Position numbers and translations under genes: made by a program. From the NCBI RefSeq assembly GCF_902713615.1, contig NC_052158.1, positions 153,095,400 to 153,159,399 on the forward strand: a DNA stretch of 64,000 nt, read 5' to 3'. The stretch comes from Scyliorhinus canicula (lineage: Eukaryota). The notes under the pieces were generated by a model that saw only the letters and a program-made list of their open reading frames with translations, was not told the origin of the DNA and did not search any database. Position 1 is the first letter of the stretch. Every line of letters starts with the position of its first letter. Shown piece by piece: positions 25,301 through 38,900 of the stretch.

Positions 25301-28300
25301 AAGTAGCTTCGGTTTTAAAGTTTATCAGTGCACTGGAAGCTCAATCACACACACAGCAACATTAAATAAAACCCTCCCATGTCTGAGGCCAGGCAGAGTC
25401 TGAGTAGGTGCGGAATCTACAGAGATTGTAAAATCGACATAAGCGTTAGTATAGCCGTTCGATGCTGTAGAAATCGCACGTTTTTGAAATCCATTTCCAA
25501 TGGTGGTGAAGGGAGTGGATGTTGAAGGTGATGAATGGGGTGTGAACCCAAACGGGGCTGCTTTGTTCTGGGTGGTGATCAGTTTCTTACGCTTTCGAGA
25601 ACCACTCATCCAGGCAAGTGGAAAGTATTCCATCACACTCCTAGCAGATTTTTAAAAACGTATTAAAATTTAGAGTACCCAATGCTTTTTTAATTCCAAT
25701 TGGGGGGTAATTTAGAGTGGCCAACTCTGTGCATCATTTTGGGTTGTGGGGGGTGAGACCCGCGCAGACACGGGGAAAATGTCCAAACTCCACACAGACA
25801 GTGACCCGGGGCTGGGATCGACCCGTGCCGCAGTAGTGCTAACTACTGCGCCACCATGCAGCCCAAATGCCTTGAAGATAATAGACATGTTTTGGGGAGT
25901 CAGGACAGTTTCTTGGAGCAGAAATTCCAGCTGCTCAGTGTTGCTGTCTCTACAGTATTTATGTGGTTAGTCCAGTTCAGCTTCTGGTCAATGGCAACCT
26001 CCAGGATGCTGTTTATATACAAGTGTCACCGAAAAGCTTGCCAAAAATCAAACTAAATAGATTGAAAGAATTAAAAATACGCTGAACACAAGTTTACATT
26101 TATTCACACTTTCTCTTACACAGATTAGTTACTTCTCTACCTGCTCCTGTCTCAGCAATAAACAAGAATACCCCACGTTTTTTAGAACGATACCAAGTGA
26201 CGACTATCAGTCCAAACTTCTCGCTGAACTCGTGAAAAGTTTCGGCTGGAACTGGATTGGGACAGTCAGGAGCAACACCGATTACGGGAATTTTGGAATG
26301 CGGGCCTTTATCAAAGAGGCGGAAAGATTTGGGGTTTGCATTGCGTACTCTGAAGTGTTTTACCGGACCGACCCTGCAGAGAAGGTCAGCAAAATAGTGC
26401 GTGTGATCAAAAAGGCGACGACAACGGTGGTGGTCGGCTTCCTCCATCCGCGAGAGATGCGACTGTTACTTAAGGAATTTTTGCGTCAAAATGTAACTGG
26501 GATCCAATGGATCGGAAGCGAAGGCTGGGTTACTGAAGATATAGTTTCACCCGAAGAGAGGGCAAGATTTCTGGTTGGGACAATTGGCTTGGCCACCCCG
26601 AGGACAGAAATTTCCGGACTCAGAGATTATCTTCTTAAAATTCACCCCTCTCTGTTCCCTGAGAATATCTTCGTGAAGCAATTTTGGGAAGCTGCCTTTA
26701 CGTGCTCGTTCGTGGCCGGTAATAGGACAGAGCAAATTACTCCTGCATTTGAAGTGCGACAATGCACAGGGAAGGAACGGTTGGAAGAAATAGAAACTGC
26801 CTATCTGCCAGCGCTAATGGACGGAAGTTCCTATCACGTTTACAAAGCTGTCTACGCTGTCGCACATGCTCTAGACGACTTGCTTTCCTGCAAAGAAGGC
26901 AATGGACCCTTTATGAATAATACATGCGCTCAAATTTCAAATTTTCAGCCCCGTCAGGTATGCACATATTATTTGACGCGATCTATCCCAGATAAACCCC
27001 GTGTATAATGTGGACAAATGTGATCATGTTCTGCATTGTGACTGTCGGTTTTGATTTAGTATCAATGAATCTTAATGCATTCAACCACGCACATCTTGTC
27101 CATGCTATACTTAAATACTGACACTACTTGCATTATTCTTTCTTAGCTACTCCATTATCTACACTCAGTAAATTTCACAGATCGGACCGGGAAAATCGTG
27201 TATTTCGATGAAAATGGTGATCCAGTCCCAGCGTATGAATTGATCAATTTGCAAATGACTTTGAAAGGTACAGTTGAAGTTGTAAACATTGGATATTATG
27301 ATGGTACAGCTCCTTTAGGACAAGAATTCGACCTGAATATCGGGGATATCATGTGGAGCAGTGCTGAGAATCAGGTATGTTCCTTAACACACCAATTCAC
27401 GACGCATGTAAAACTGAGCTTCAGAGAAACAGCATTGAAAGCAGCTACAGAAATGTATTTTTATGAATGATTTGAACTTTGATGTCACTGACAAGATTGG
27501 TATTTATTATCCACCTTAATTTTCCTTGTTTAATATAAACGATAATAATAATATTTATTATTGGCACAAATCCGTTTACATGAACGCTGCAGTGAAGTTA
27601 CAGTGGAAATCTCCTAATCGCCACATTCCGGCGCCTGTTCGGGTGATTCAGAAATTCACCTAACAGCACATCGGTCGGAACTTGTGGGATGAAACCGGAG
27701 CAGCCGGAGGAAACCCGCGCAGACACGCGGAGAACGTGCAGATTCCACCCAGACAGTGACCCATGCGGATATCGAACCTGGGACCCTGGCGCTGTGAAAC
27801 AACAGTGCTAAACACCGTCCCGCCATAACCACTTTCGAAGCCATTTAAGAGGCAGTTTTCTCCCCTTTTTCATTTGTCTACCTCTTTTACTGCGATTTAT
27901 AGCCGTATAGCTTCCCAGTAACTGCTCAAGTGCATTTCCATTCACTGCTAACCTTGTTGCAGAAACAAATCTGTCTGCAACATGTATCCACGGGTTCCTC
28001 AGCTGTCCCTAGTTTTGTTTCATTAAGCGAGTAGCGACCTTCCATTAGTGAGAGGTGATAAGAAGCAGGAAATTTTGAACAGTGTGCAGTTATTTTCTAT
28101 AGGAAAGAAAAGGATGATGGTTGTCCTGATGGATCTTGTTTAATATTATGGAAGGCTCGATACCGTAGAAATAGATAAGATTGCTCCTTGTGTGGGAAGA
28201 GCGCAATTAGAGTCCGGAAGATATCGGCGTTAAATTACCCAGACAACGCTTGGACTATGTAAAACACAAGTGGGAATGGGATTGAATGGCAAGGATGCAT

Positions 28301-30714
28301 TAAATGTGAAGCAGGATAAACACACGATGAATAAACCTACAGAATATTTGAACAAGAGCTGATGGGAGCAGAATCCTGTGGAACATTAGCATCCTTACGG
28401 ACCTTTGTGCCAAAATGTATGCTTCTGTGCTTTGCATTCTATGTAAATCTGAAAAAACCTGCCATGAAAACATTGCTATTATTTATTTCGATTTGTTTAA
28501 TTCCCAATGGGCATGACTGGACCAGTCATAATAATTGTGAACAATATGCAATAGTCTTATTCAATGAAGTAATCAGAGCTATCAGCCGATAGCTACCTCA
28601 GTTAGCTTGAAAGAGAAACTGCAGCTGCATTGAATGTAAACGCTGAAGTAAATTGTATCAATAGGCTCAGCATCTCCCCTCTCGAGCCTCATACCCACAG
28701 GTATCTGCTAGTTTTCACTGAACTCCACTGATTCTAAACTATGCTGATAACTATCAGTTTTGTTTTATTTCTTAACAAAATATCTAATTGTTTCTCACCA
28801 ACAGCGTCTCAATATTGGAGATCACTGAAAGTTGATCGTTTTGTAATTTAGCAGAAATCTTCTTTTCTGTTCCTGTGACAATTTTCTCCTTCTCAGCATG
28901 AACTTTTAAGTTGGCAATTCCGCAGGAAGAGTGATAGGTAAAGGAATTCCATCGGCAATTTAAAGGGGAAGCAAAAAATGCTGGGGGAAACCATAAGACA
29001 TAGGGGCAGAATTGGACCACTCGGCCATTCTAGTCTGCTCAGCCATTCAATCGTGGCTGATATTTTCTCATCCCCATTCTCCTATCTTCTCCCCATGGCC
29101 CCGATCCCCTTATTAGTCAAAAACCTATCTATCTCTGTCTTAAAGACACTCAGTGATTTGGCCTCCACAGCCTTCTGCAGCAAAGAGTTCCACACTCTCT
29201 GGCTGAATAAATTCCTCCGCATCTCTGTTTTAAAGGATCGTCCCTTTAGTCTGAGATTGTGTCGCCTGCTTACTCAATACTACCTTGCTCTCTACAGATC
29301 TGTGTATCACCTGCAAAATCAGCAACAGTGCCTTCAGTTGCTTCTTCCAGATCATTGATGTATATGGTGAAAAGCTGTAGTCACAGCACAGACCCCTGAG
29401 GCACACCACTGGTCACCGGCTGCCATCCTGAAAAAGGCCCCTTTATCCCCACTCTCTGCCTCCTGCCATTCAGCCAATCCATGTCCATGCCAGGATCTTA
29501 CCCTGAACGTACAGGAGGAAGAGTAATCGGTGACAAAGCGATGCGCCCAGTGCTCCTTCTGGACACTATCGATCCCATGTGACGTAGAAGTAAGCATGTT
29601 TTCTTTTTCTTTAGATTCCACACGCCATTTGCACAGAACCCTGCCCACCTGGGACAAGAAAGGTTAACAGGAAAGGGCAACCAATCTGTTGTTTTGACTG
29701 CGCTCAATGCGCAGATGGCGAGATTAGCAACACCACAGGTCTGTAGAAATATTTTTCACCATTTACTCCGCAGTTCTGTGGCCGCGAGCACTTTTATTCA
29801 AAGTCTTTTATGTTTCAGGTTCCGCAGACTGCCTGAAGTGTCCTTTGGAATACTGGTCCAATCAACAAAAAGATCGGTGCGTTCTGAAGAAAATTGAATT
29901 TCTTTCCTTTGGAGAGATTTTGGGGTATGTGTTAGTGGCGCTTGCTTTAGTGGGAGTGGGTTTTACACTGGCCATAGCTGCCATATTCTTCCAGTATCGA
30001 GAAACTCCTATCGTTAGAGCGAACAATTCCGAGTTAAGTTTCCTCCTTCTCCTCGGACTAATGCTTTGCTTCCTGTGCTCACTGACGTTCATCGGGGAGC
30101 CAACCGGATGGTCTTGCATGTTGCGCCGGACTGCGTTTGGTATTGTATTTGTTCTGTCTATTTCCTGTATTTTGGGGAAAACTATTCTCGTTGTCATAGC
30201 TTTTAAAGCAACTCTTCCCAGTAACAATTTGATGAGCTGGTTTGGGCCAATGCAACAGAGATTAGGCGTGTTCGTCCTTACATTTCTTCAAGCTTTGATC
30301 TGTACTATCTGGTTATCGGTATCACCCCCCTATCCACTGAAAAACATGACTTATTATAGAGATATCATTATTTTGGAATGTGACGTGGGTTCTTTAAAAG
30401 CCTTTTATTTTGTGTCGTGCTATATTGGCCTTCTATCCACTGTATGTTTTGTGCTTGCCTTTCTTGCCCGGAAACTTCCAGATAACTTCAACGACGCGAA
30501 GTATATAACCTTCAGTATGCTGATCTTCTGCGCTGTTTGGATAACTTTTATCCCAGCTTATGTAAGCTCTCCTGGAAAGTACACTGTGGCTGTAGAAGTA
30601 TTTGCCATCTGGGCATCAAGCTTTGGTTTGCTTGTCTGTATTTTTGCTCCTAAATGTTACATTATCTTGCTGAAACCGGAGGATAATACGAAGAAAAATA
30701 TGATGGGAAAGTGA
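22114..30714 (+). CDS. V2R/OlfC-like class C GPCR gene 2, complete: join(22114..22322,24974..25265,26124..26957,27147..27374,29615..29738,29819..30714), 860 aa
   Basis: signal peptide and GDIILGGIF in exon 1; GT-AG exons 209/292/834/228/124/896 nt = 2583 nt in frame; VFT, cysteine-rich and 7TM motifs intact; ATTAAA 30866 and AATAAA 30968. Confidence 0.96.
23061..23340 (-). mobile_element. V-SINE (HE1-like head) with Rex1-like tail
   Basis: gggcagcacggtagc head, V-domain ctccgggtgctccggtttcctcccac, tail ...cttttcacagtaacttcattgcagtg; absent from paralogous copy at about 41560. Confidence 0.8.
24392..24576 (-). mobile_element. Short tRNA-derived SINE
   Basis: reverse complement of 934-1160 family; absent from paralogous copy at about 42255. 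Confidence 0.82.
24974..25265 (+). CDS. V2R-like gene 2 exon 2
   Basis: ccacag acceptor, atg|gtaacg donor, 292 nt. Confidence 0.94.
26124..26957 (+). CDS. V2R-like gene 2 exon 3
   Basis: acacag acceptor, cag|gtatgc donor, 834 nt, [11 protein letters not shown]...FQPRQ. Confidence 0.95.
27147..27374 (+). CDS. V2R-like gene 2 exon 4
   Basis: tcttag acceptor, cag|gtatgt donor, 228 nt, [10 protein letters not shown]...FDENGDP. Confidence 0.94.
27542..27825 (-). mobile_element. V-SINE with Rex1-like tail
   Basis: same architecture as 23061-23340. Confidence 0.7.
28990..29505 (-). mobile_element. CR1 LINE fragment with internal deletion in gene 2 intron 4
   Basis: ataagacataggggcagaatt tail; matches parts of 30985-33250. 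Confidence 0.8.
29615..29738 (+). CDS. V2R-like gene 2 exon 5
   Basis: ctttag acceptor, 124 nt, [16 protein letters not shown]...[17 protein letters not shown]. Confidence 0.94.
29819..30714 (+). CDS. V2R-like gene 2 exon 6 (7TM)
   Basis: tttcag acceptor after 80-nt intron, [14 protein letters not shown]...NMMGK*. Confidence 0.95.
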
Positions 30715-30984
30715 CTTCACAATCCCCCCGAACCTTTAGCTGTTTTTCACGTATTATGCCCCATCTGTAACATCAATATGTATAATCCTTGCTTAATTAA
30801 TGTAGCTTGCACTCAATTTCGGTGTAAAATGTCTGAGATATGAATGTGCAAGATTCAATATTGTCATTAAATCCATATTCAATTATGTGGAATGTATCAT
30901 AGAGCAAGTGTGCAACCCCAAACGTGTATAAATGGACTGCAAAGTTATCGTTACTTGCATATGATTAAATAAAACCATAGTCCA

Positions 30985-33250
30985 AAACACATAGGAGCAG
31001 AATTAGGCTTCTTGACCCATCGCGTCTTCTCTTCCATTCAATCATGGCTGATATTTTTCTCATCCCCATTCTCCTGCCTTCGCCCCATAACCCATGATCT
31101 CCTTATTAATCATGAAGCTATCTATCTCTGTACTAAATACACTCAGTGATTTGGCCTCCACAGCCTTCCGCGGCAAGGTGTTCCACAGATTGACCACCCT
31201 CTGGCTGGAGAATTTCCTCCTCATCTTTGTTTTAAAGGGTCGTCCTTTCAGTCTGAGATTGTGTCCCCTGGTTCTAGTTTTCCCTACAAGTGGAAACATC
31301 CTCTCCACGTCCACTCTATCCAGGTCTCGGAGTATCTGAGTACTCGGAGTAAGTTTCAACAAGATCTCCCTTCATAGGGCAGCACGGTGGCAGTGGTTAG
31401 GGCTGCTGCCTCACGGCGCCGAGGTCCCAGGTTCGATCCCGTCTCTGGGTCACTGTCCATGTGGAGTTTGCACATTCTCCTCGTGTTTGCGTGGGTTTCG
31501 TCCCCACAACCCAAAAGATGTTCAGGGTAGGTGGATTGGCCATGCTAAATTGCCCCTTAATTTGAAAAAATGAATTGAATACTCTAAATTTTGAAAAAAA
31601 AAACATGCCCCTTCATCCTTCTAAACTCCAACGAGTACAGACCCAGAGTCATCACCCATTCCTCAAACGACAAGCTCTTGATTCCAGGGATCATTCTTGT
31701 GAGAGTCGTCTGGACTCTTTCCAAGGCCAGCACATCCTTCCTTCGATAAGGGTCTGAACTCTGCTCACAATGCTCCAAATGTGGTCTGACCAGAGCCTTA
31801 CATAGCCTCAGAAGTACATCCCTGGTCTTGTATTCTAGCCCTCTTGGCAAGATTCCAACATTGCATTTGCCTTCTTAGCTGCTAAATGAACGTGCACGTT
31901 AACCCTCAGAGAATCATGAACAAGGACTCCCAAGTCTCCTTTTGTTTCTGATTTCCTCAGCATTTCCCCATTTAAAATATAATCTATGCCTAAGTTCCTC
32001 CTTCCAAAATGCATAACCTCACAGTTTCCACAACGTATTTCATTTGCCACTTCATTGCCCAGTGTGCAAATCCTTCTGCAACCCCCTTGCTTCCTCCATA
32101 TACCTGTCCCTCGACAGATCTTTGTATCATCTGCAAACTTAGTAACAGTGACTTCAGTTCCTTCTTCCAGATCATTAATGTATATTGTGAAAAGTTGTGG
32201 TCCCAGCACAGACTCCTGAGGCACACCAGTAGTCACCGGCTGCCATCCTGAAAAAGAACCCTTTATCCACACTCTCTGCCTTCTACCAGTCAGCCAATCC
32301 TCTCTCCATGCCAGAATTTACCCTTAACACCATGGGCTGTTAAGTTATTTAACAATCTCCTGTGGGGCACCTTGTCAAAGGCCTTTTGGAAATCTAAATA
32401 AATCACGTCCACTGGTTCTCCTTTGTTTAACTTCCTTGTTACCTCCTCAAAGAACTCTAACAGATTTGTCGGATATGACCTACTGTTTGTATTTTACCAT
32501 GCACTTCCAAGTAGTCCACCACCTTGTCTTTAATAACGGACTCTAAAATCTTACGAATTACCTAAGTCAGGCTGACAGGCTTATAATTTCCCGTCTTCTG
32601 CCTTCCTCCCTTCTTAAACAGTGGTGTTACATTAGCCACTTTCCAGTCCTCTGAGACCGTTCCTTCCCCCAGTGATTCCTGAAAGATCACAACCAATGCC
32701 TTCACAATCTCCTCAGCTATCTCTTTTAGGACCCTGGGGTGTAGTCCATCCGGTCCAGGTGGCTTATCCGCATTCAGACCTTAACATTCCCCAGAACCTT
32801 CTCCTTAGTAATGGTCACTTCACTCATCTCTGCCCCCTGATTCTCCTGGAGCTCTGGCATCCCACTGGTGTCTTCCACCGTGTAGACTGATGCAAAGTAT
32901 TCAGTTCGTCTGCCATGTCTTTGTTTCCTATTATTACTTTTTCCAGTGGTCCAATGTCTACTTTTGCCTCTGTCTTATCTTTTATATATTAAAATAAACT
33001 CTTCCTATCCACTTTTATATCACTAGCTAGCTTGCACAATTTAATCTTCTCTCCCCTTATTGATTTTTTAATTGTCCTCTGCTCGCTTTTAAAGGATTCA
33101 CAATCCTCTGGCTTCCCACTAATCCTTGCCACTTTGTATGCCTTTTGTTTTGCTTTTATGCTGTCCTTGACTTCTCTCGTCAACCATGGATGCCTTGTCC
33201 TGCCCTCAGCGTGTTTCCTCCTCCTTGGGATGAATTTCTGCTGCGCGTCC
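30985..33250 (-). mobile_element. CR1 LINE (ORF2 linker-RT-3' end), degenerate, with HE1-like SINE inserted at 31377-31605
   Basis: minus ORFs GVPQESVLGPQLF, KFADDTK, LVRPHLEHC, PWLTREVKDSIK. Confidence 0.9.
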
Positions 33251-34710
33251 CAAAATATCTTGCTGCCAAGCTGTGCACTTCCAGCAAGCTGATATTCCTC
33301 TCGAGATAATACTGATTTTCGCTCAACTCCGTACAAATGATATTCCTGAAAACAGAGACATGTCAAAGCATTCATTTTTCACTCCTCAGGCCACTTTGCA
33401 AGAATGCCACCATCAGGAGGAAGCATCAGTTTATGCTGTAAGAGAATAGAGTAATGTTCGTTGGCAAGTTGATTATAATTTGGAGAGGCGTTGCCATTGA
33501 AAATCAGCATCAGTTGATGCAATCTCTGTCATGTCGCGTCTACCAACCAGACGACACTTGCCAACCAACCATCACTCTCTCTCAGGCAGAATAAATTGTT
33601 GTTTCCCCCTTACATAGTGTTCTTGTGACGTGTCCTGATCAGTGCAAGCTGCACAGCTTGGACGCGTCTCTTTTTTCCGCAGCACTCAAATACTGTTTGC
33701 AAAGAAACAATCCGTGCAAAGAGAGATTTCCCTCTTAGTTAGCTCATTCCGAATTTAGGACTGTTTGAAACTCAAACGGTTCTTCATTTATGTATTTCGA
33801 GGAACTTAGTGAGAACGTGTTTTGCTCATCTATTGAGAAATTCTTCATAGTTCGCCAGTCACAAGTTAATAAAATGAATTTCCGCGATGTAGGGATTCTA
33901 TGAAATACCCTACTCCGTACAAAAGCAAAATACTACACATGCTGAAGTCAGAAATATAAGCAAAATTGTACTGCAAACATTGCAGATCAGGCAGCATCTG
34001 TATGTGCGGAGCGGAGAAAGGCAAACGGTTCAGGACGTTGAACTGCAACATCCGATTCTCTCTCATAGATATCAGTTAATCTGCAGAGCATTTATGTATT
34101 TTCCTGATTTTATTTCATCGTTCCTTGAAACAAAGTCAGGTTGGCTCCGCTGTTCCTCTCTGTGGCCTTTAAGTCCTAGTAGTTGTTGTTTAAATCCCAC
34201 TGTTGACCTGACACGTATTTCAACTTGCCAAGCCCATGCTGGACGGAGTGGGTGCTGCGTATTTAATGGTACGGTCCCAAATCGGCCCAATCTGTTTAAG
34301 AAAACACGGAATATCTCCTTCAGCTAGTAGAAAGGCGAACTGGCAGCTACAATTCATACCCTGCAATCATATTGCCCTTTGTGCCATTTTGTCCCTGCAA
34401 CAGTGCCCACAGTGCTCTACTGGCTGATTCAGCCAGGGGGCGCACTGTATATGGAGCCGGATTCACAGATACAACTTGTTGCGTGAAATTGACGCAGAAG
34501 AGTGATTGGTCGGTGCTGAGGAGAGATTGACAAAGATGTCACGCACACAAGAGAAAGGGAGTGTTAATGGTGGCGTTAAGGATTAAGGAATGTACTAATA
34601 GCAGCATAAAGATAAATGAACAGAAAGTGTTACCACGAGAACACAGGTTAGTGCCCAGTGAAAGCAAAACTGAAACATAAGTGACAGATGGCCGAATGGG
34701 GGTGGCCAGG

Positions 34711-35270
34711 GTGGGGGAGGGGCGGACGGAAAGGCAAACAAAAACAAAAGGGAGTCATAATGGAGGGGAATATTCACCGTCTGAAGTTGGTAAACTCAAT
34801 GTTGCTCCCAGAAGGCTGGAATGTGCCTTTGCGCCTCCCCCCCCCCCCCCCCCCCCCACACGCACACGAACACACATTTATCTAACCTTCACCTCCGCTT
34901 CTGGATGTCTCTTTTTCTTCAAACGAATGCTTCCCCACCTCACACTGCCATGCGCATGTTATCAAAGCTCAGTGCCAATCTTTCCCCTACTTGTTTATTA
35001 TTCTCCCCGTCATTCTTCGCGCCTCTCTCCCTCCACTACATTGTCACTTTTTGTAGATCACTCCTGCTGGCTTTCATACCGCCGTTTTTTTTCTTGCAAA
35101 TAAATCTTGCTTCTAACCCCCCCCCCCCCCTCCCAAAACTCCACAGTAACTTCTTGCACCTACCTGTGCGCTGTTCTTCATTTCTTTTTGTTTCTGCCTG
35201 CTTCAGGAATGGACCCAACATTATCCCCGACCATCACCACCCTTGTTACAACTATTGCTCTTCTCATTGG
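34711..35270 (+). repeat. Direct repeat copy 1 (about 550 bp; copy 2 at about 40369-40965)
   Basis: near-colinear match gacggaaaggcaaacaaaaac...actattgct; near-identical ORF translations. Confidence 0.9.
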
Positions 35271-35954
35271 CAGCCGGTCCATGATCAGCTTGTGAGTCAG
35301 TTCCAACCATTTTTTCAAGCAAAATATTTATTTTGGGCTCGATTGCATACTTTGCACCTTAGCTGCCAACTCAGCCCCCTCACTGAGCCTCGACATAGCG
35401 GCATCTGATATTGGTCACCTATCTCACACTGAAAGGAACTTGAAGCCTCATTTTTCATCTACTCCCGGCACCATTGGCTTTATTTTCGGCAACGTCAATT
35501 TAAACCTTAAATCATCCTCACGTCTAACACCAGCGCTGTAAACACTTTCCGTCACCGTGGAACTCCTGGAATTCTGAATTTCCTGTCTTCTCAAACATTG
35601 GGTACGCATGGACACAGCACCTTGGAAGTATTAAATATTACAGAACAGAAGGAGGTTATTCGGTCCATTGTACTTTGCTAGTCTTTCTTGTCGACCTGTT
35701 TATTCAAATTAATTCCTGCCTCATTTCTCCACGTCTGATTGTTTGTTTATTTTATTTTCAACATCATTTATATGCTTCAGCATTCAAGATCACGATGGAA
35801 TCTTCTTGGATGATTATTTTCGCTAGAGCAGACCAGATCTTCCAATTGAAAAATAAAATAAAGTCCATTTAACATTGCTTGTTTCCTCTTTGTCTTTCGT
35901 GGATATAAATACTTGGCAAATCATCTCTAAACACATTTTCGTCCATATAATGTT

Positions 35955-38900
35955 AGATAGATAGAGAAATACAGCACAGAACAGGCCCTTCGGCCCACGA
36001 TGTTGTGCCGAACGTTTGTCCTAGGTTAATCATAGAATTTTGGACACTAAGGGACACTAACAGAGAGATCTCGGCATCCAGGTACATAAATCCCTGAAAG
36101 TTGCCACCCAGGTTAATAGGGCTGTTAAGAAGGCATATGGTGTGCTAGCCTTTATAAGCAGGGGGATTGAGTTTCGGAACCACAAGGTCATGCTGCAGCT
36201 GTACGTAACTCTGGTGCGGCCGCACCTGGAGTACTGCGTGCAGTTCTGGTCACCACATTATAGGAAGGATGTGGAAGCTTTGGAAAGGGTTCAGAGGAGA
36301 TTTACTAGGATGTTGCCTGGTATGGAGGGAAGGTCTTACGAGGAAAGGCTCAGGGAATTGAGGTTGTTTTCGTTAGAGAGGAGAAGGCTGAGAGGTGACT
36401 TAATAGAGACATATAAGATAGTCAGAGGGTTAGATAGGGTGGACAGTGAGAGTCTTTTTCCTCGGATGGTGATGACCAACACGAGGGGACATAGCTTTAA
36501 ATTGAGGGGTGATAGATATAGGGCAGATATCAGAGGCAGTTTCTTTACTCAGAGAGTATTTGGGGTGTGGAACGCCCTGCCTGCAACAGTAGTAGACTCG
36601 CCAACTTTAAGGGCATTTAAGTGGTCACTGGATAGACATATGGATGAAAATGGAATACTGTAGGTCAGATAGGCTTCAGATGGTTTCACAGGCCGACGCA
36701 ACATCGAGGGCTGAAGGGTCCGTACTGCGCTGTAGTGTTCTATGTTCTATGTTCTAATTTATCATGACCAATCCACCCAACCTGCACATCTTTGGACTGT
36801 GGGAGGAAACCAGAGTACCCGGAGGAAACCCACGCACACACGGGGAGGATGTGCAGACTCCACACAGACAGTGACCCAAGTCGAAATCGAACTTGGGACC
36901 CTGGAGCTGTGAAGCAATTGTGCTATCCACAATGGTACCGTGCTGCCCTTAAGAAGAAATTAATCTACACTCCATTATTCTACCCTAATCCATGTACCTA
37001 TCCAATGGCCGCTTGAAGGTCCCTAAGGTTTCCGACTCAACTACTTCCACAGGCAGTGCATTCCATGCCCCCACTACTCTCTGGGTAAAGAACCTACCAC
37101 TGACAACCCCCCCTATATCTTCCACCATTTACCGTAAATTTATGTCCCCTTGTAATGGTTTGTTCCACCCGGGAAAAAAGTATCTGACTGTCTACTCTAT
37201 TCCCCTGATCATCTTATAAACCTCTATCAAGTTGCCCCTCATCCTTCTCCGTTCTAATAGAAAAGGCCTAGCACCCTCAACCTTTCATTGTAAGACCTAC
37301 TCTGCATTCCAGGCATCATCCTGGTAAATCTCCTTTGCACCTTTTGCAAAGCTTCCACATCATTCCTAAAATGAGGTGACCAGAACTGCACACAGTACTC
37401 CAAATGTGGCCTGACCAAGGTTTTGTACAGCATCATCATCACCTCACGGCTCTTAAATTCAATCCCTCTGCTAATGAATGCTAGCACACCATAGGCCTTC
37501 TTCACAGCTCTATACACTTGAGTGGCAACTTTCAAAGATCTATGAACATAGACCCCAAGATCTCTCTGCTCCTCTACATTGCCAAGAACCCTACCGTTAA
37601 CCCTGCATTCCGCATTCATATTTGTCCTTCCAAAATGGACAACCTCACACTTGTCAGGGGTAAACTCCATCTGCCACTTCTCAGCCCAGCTCTGCATCCT
37701 ATCTATGTCTCTTTGAAGCCGACAACAGCCCTCCTAACTATCCACAACTCCACCAATCTTCGTATCATCTGCAAATTTACTGACCCACCCTTCAACTCCC
37801 TCATCCAAGTCGTTAATGAAAATTACAAACAGCAGAGGACCCAGAACTGATCCCTGCGATACGCCACTGGTAACTGGGCTCCAGGCTCAATATTTGCCAT
37901 CCACCACCACTCTCTGTCTTTTATCGGTTAGCCAGTTCATTATCCAACTGGCCAAATTTCCCACTATCCCATGCCTCCTTACTTTCTGCATAAGCCTACC
38001 ATGGGGAACCTTATCACATGCCTTACTAAAATCCATGTACACTACATCCACTGCTTTACCTTCATCCACGTGCTTGGTCACCTCCTCAAAGAGGTCAATA
38101 AGACTTGTAAGGCAAGACATACCCCTCACAAATCCGTGCTGACTATCCTTAATCAAGCAGTGTCTTTCCAGATGCTCAGAAATCCTATCCCTCAGTACCC
38201 TTTCCATTACTTTGCCTTCACCGAAGTAAGACTAACTGGCCTGTAATTCCCAGGGTTATCCCTATTTCCTTTTTTGAACAGGGGCACGACATTCGCCACT
38301 CTCCAATCCTTTGGTACCACCCCTGTTGACAGTGAGGACGAAAAGATCATTGCCAACGGCTCTGCAATTTCATTTCTTGCTTCCCATAGAATCCTTGGGT
38401 ATATCCCGTCAGGCCCGGGGGATTTGTCTATCCTCAAGGTTTTCAAAACGCCCAACACATCTTCCTTCCTAACAAGTATCTCCTCGAGCTTACCAGTCTG
38501 TTTCACACTGTCCTCTCCAACAATATGGCCCCTCTCGTTTGTAAATACTGAAGAAAAATACTTGTTCAAAACCTCTCCTATATCTTCAGACTCAATACAC
38601 AATCTCCCGCTACTGTCTTTGATTGGACCTACCCTTGCTCTAGTCATTCTCATATTTCTCACATATGTGTAAAAGGCCCTGGGGTTTTCCTTGATCCTAC
38701 CCGCCAAAGATTTTTCATGCCCTCTCTTAGCTCTCCTAATCCCTTTCTTCAGTTCCCTCCTGGCTATCTTGTATTCCTCCCTGTCTGAACCTTAGCCTTA
38801 CATAAGTCTCCTTCTTCTTTTTAACAAGACATTCAACCTCTCTTCTCAACCATGGTTCTCTCAATCGACCATCTTTTCCCTGCCTGACAGGGACATACAT

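Noticed and set aside
34760-34790. ggaatattcaccgtc resembling V2R exon 1 GIFTV (also about 40430)
   Set aside because: Immediately followed by a stop, no signal peptide or GDII context; lies in repeat-derived duplicated sequence
34821-35408. 195-aa and 230-aa (40235-40927) ORFs in the direct repeats
   Set aside because: Run through poly-C tracts, frames differ by indels between copies, no recognisable domain
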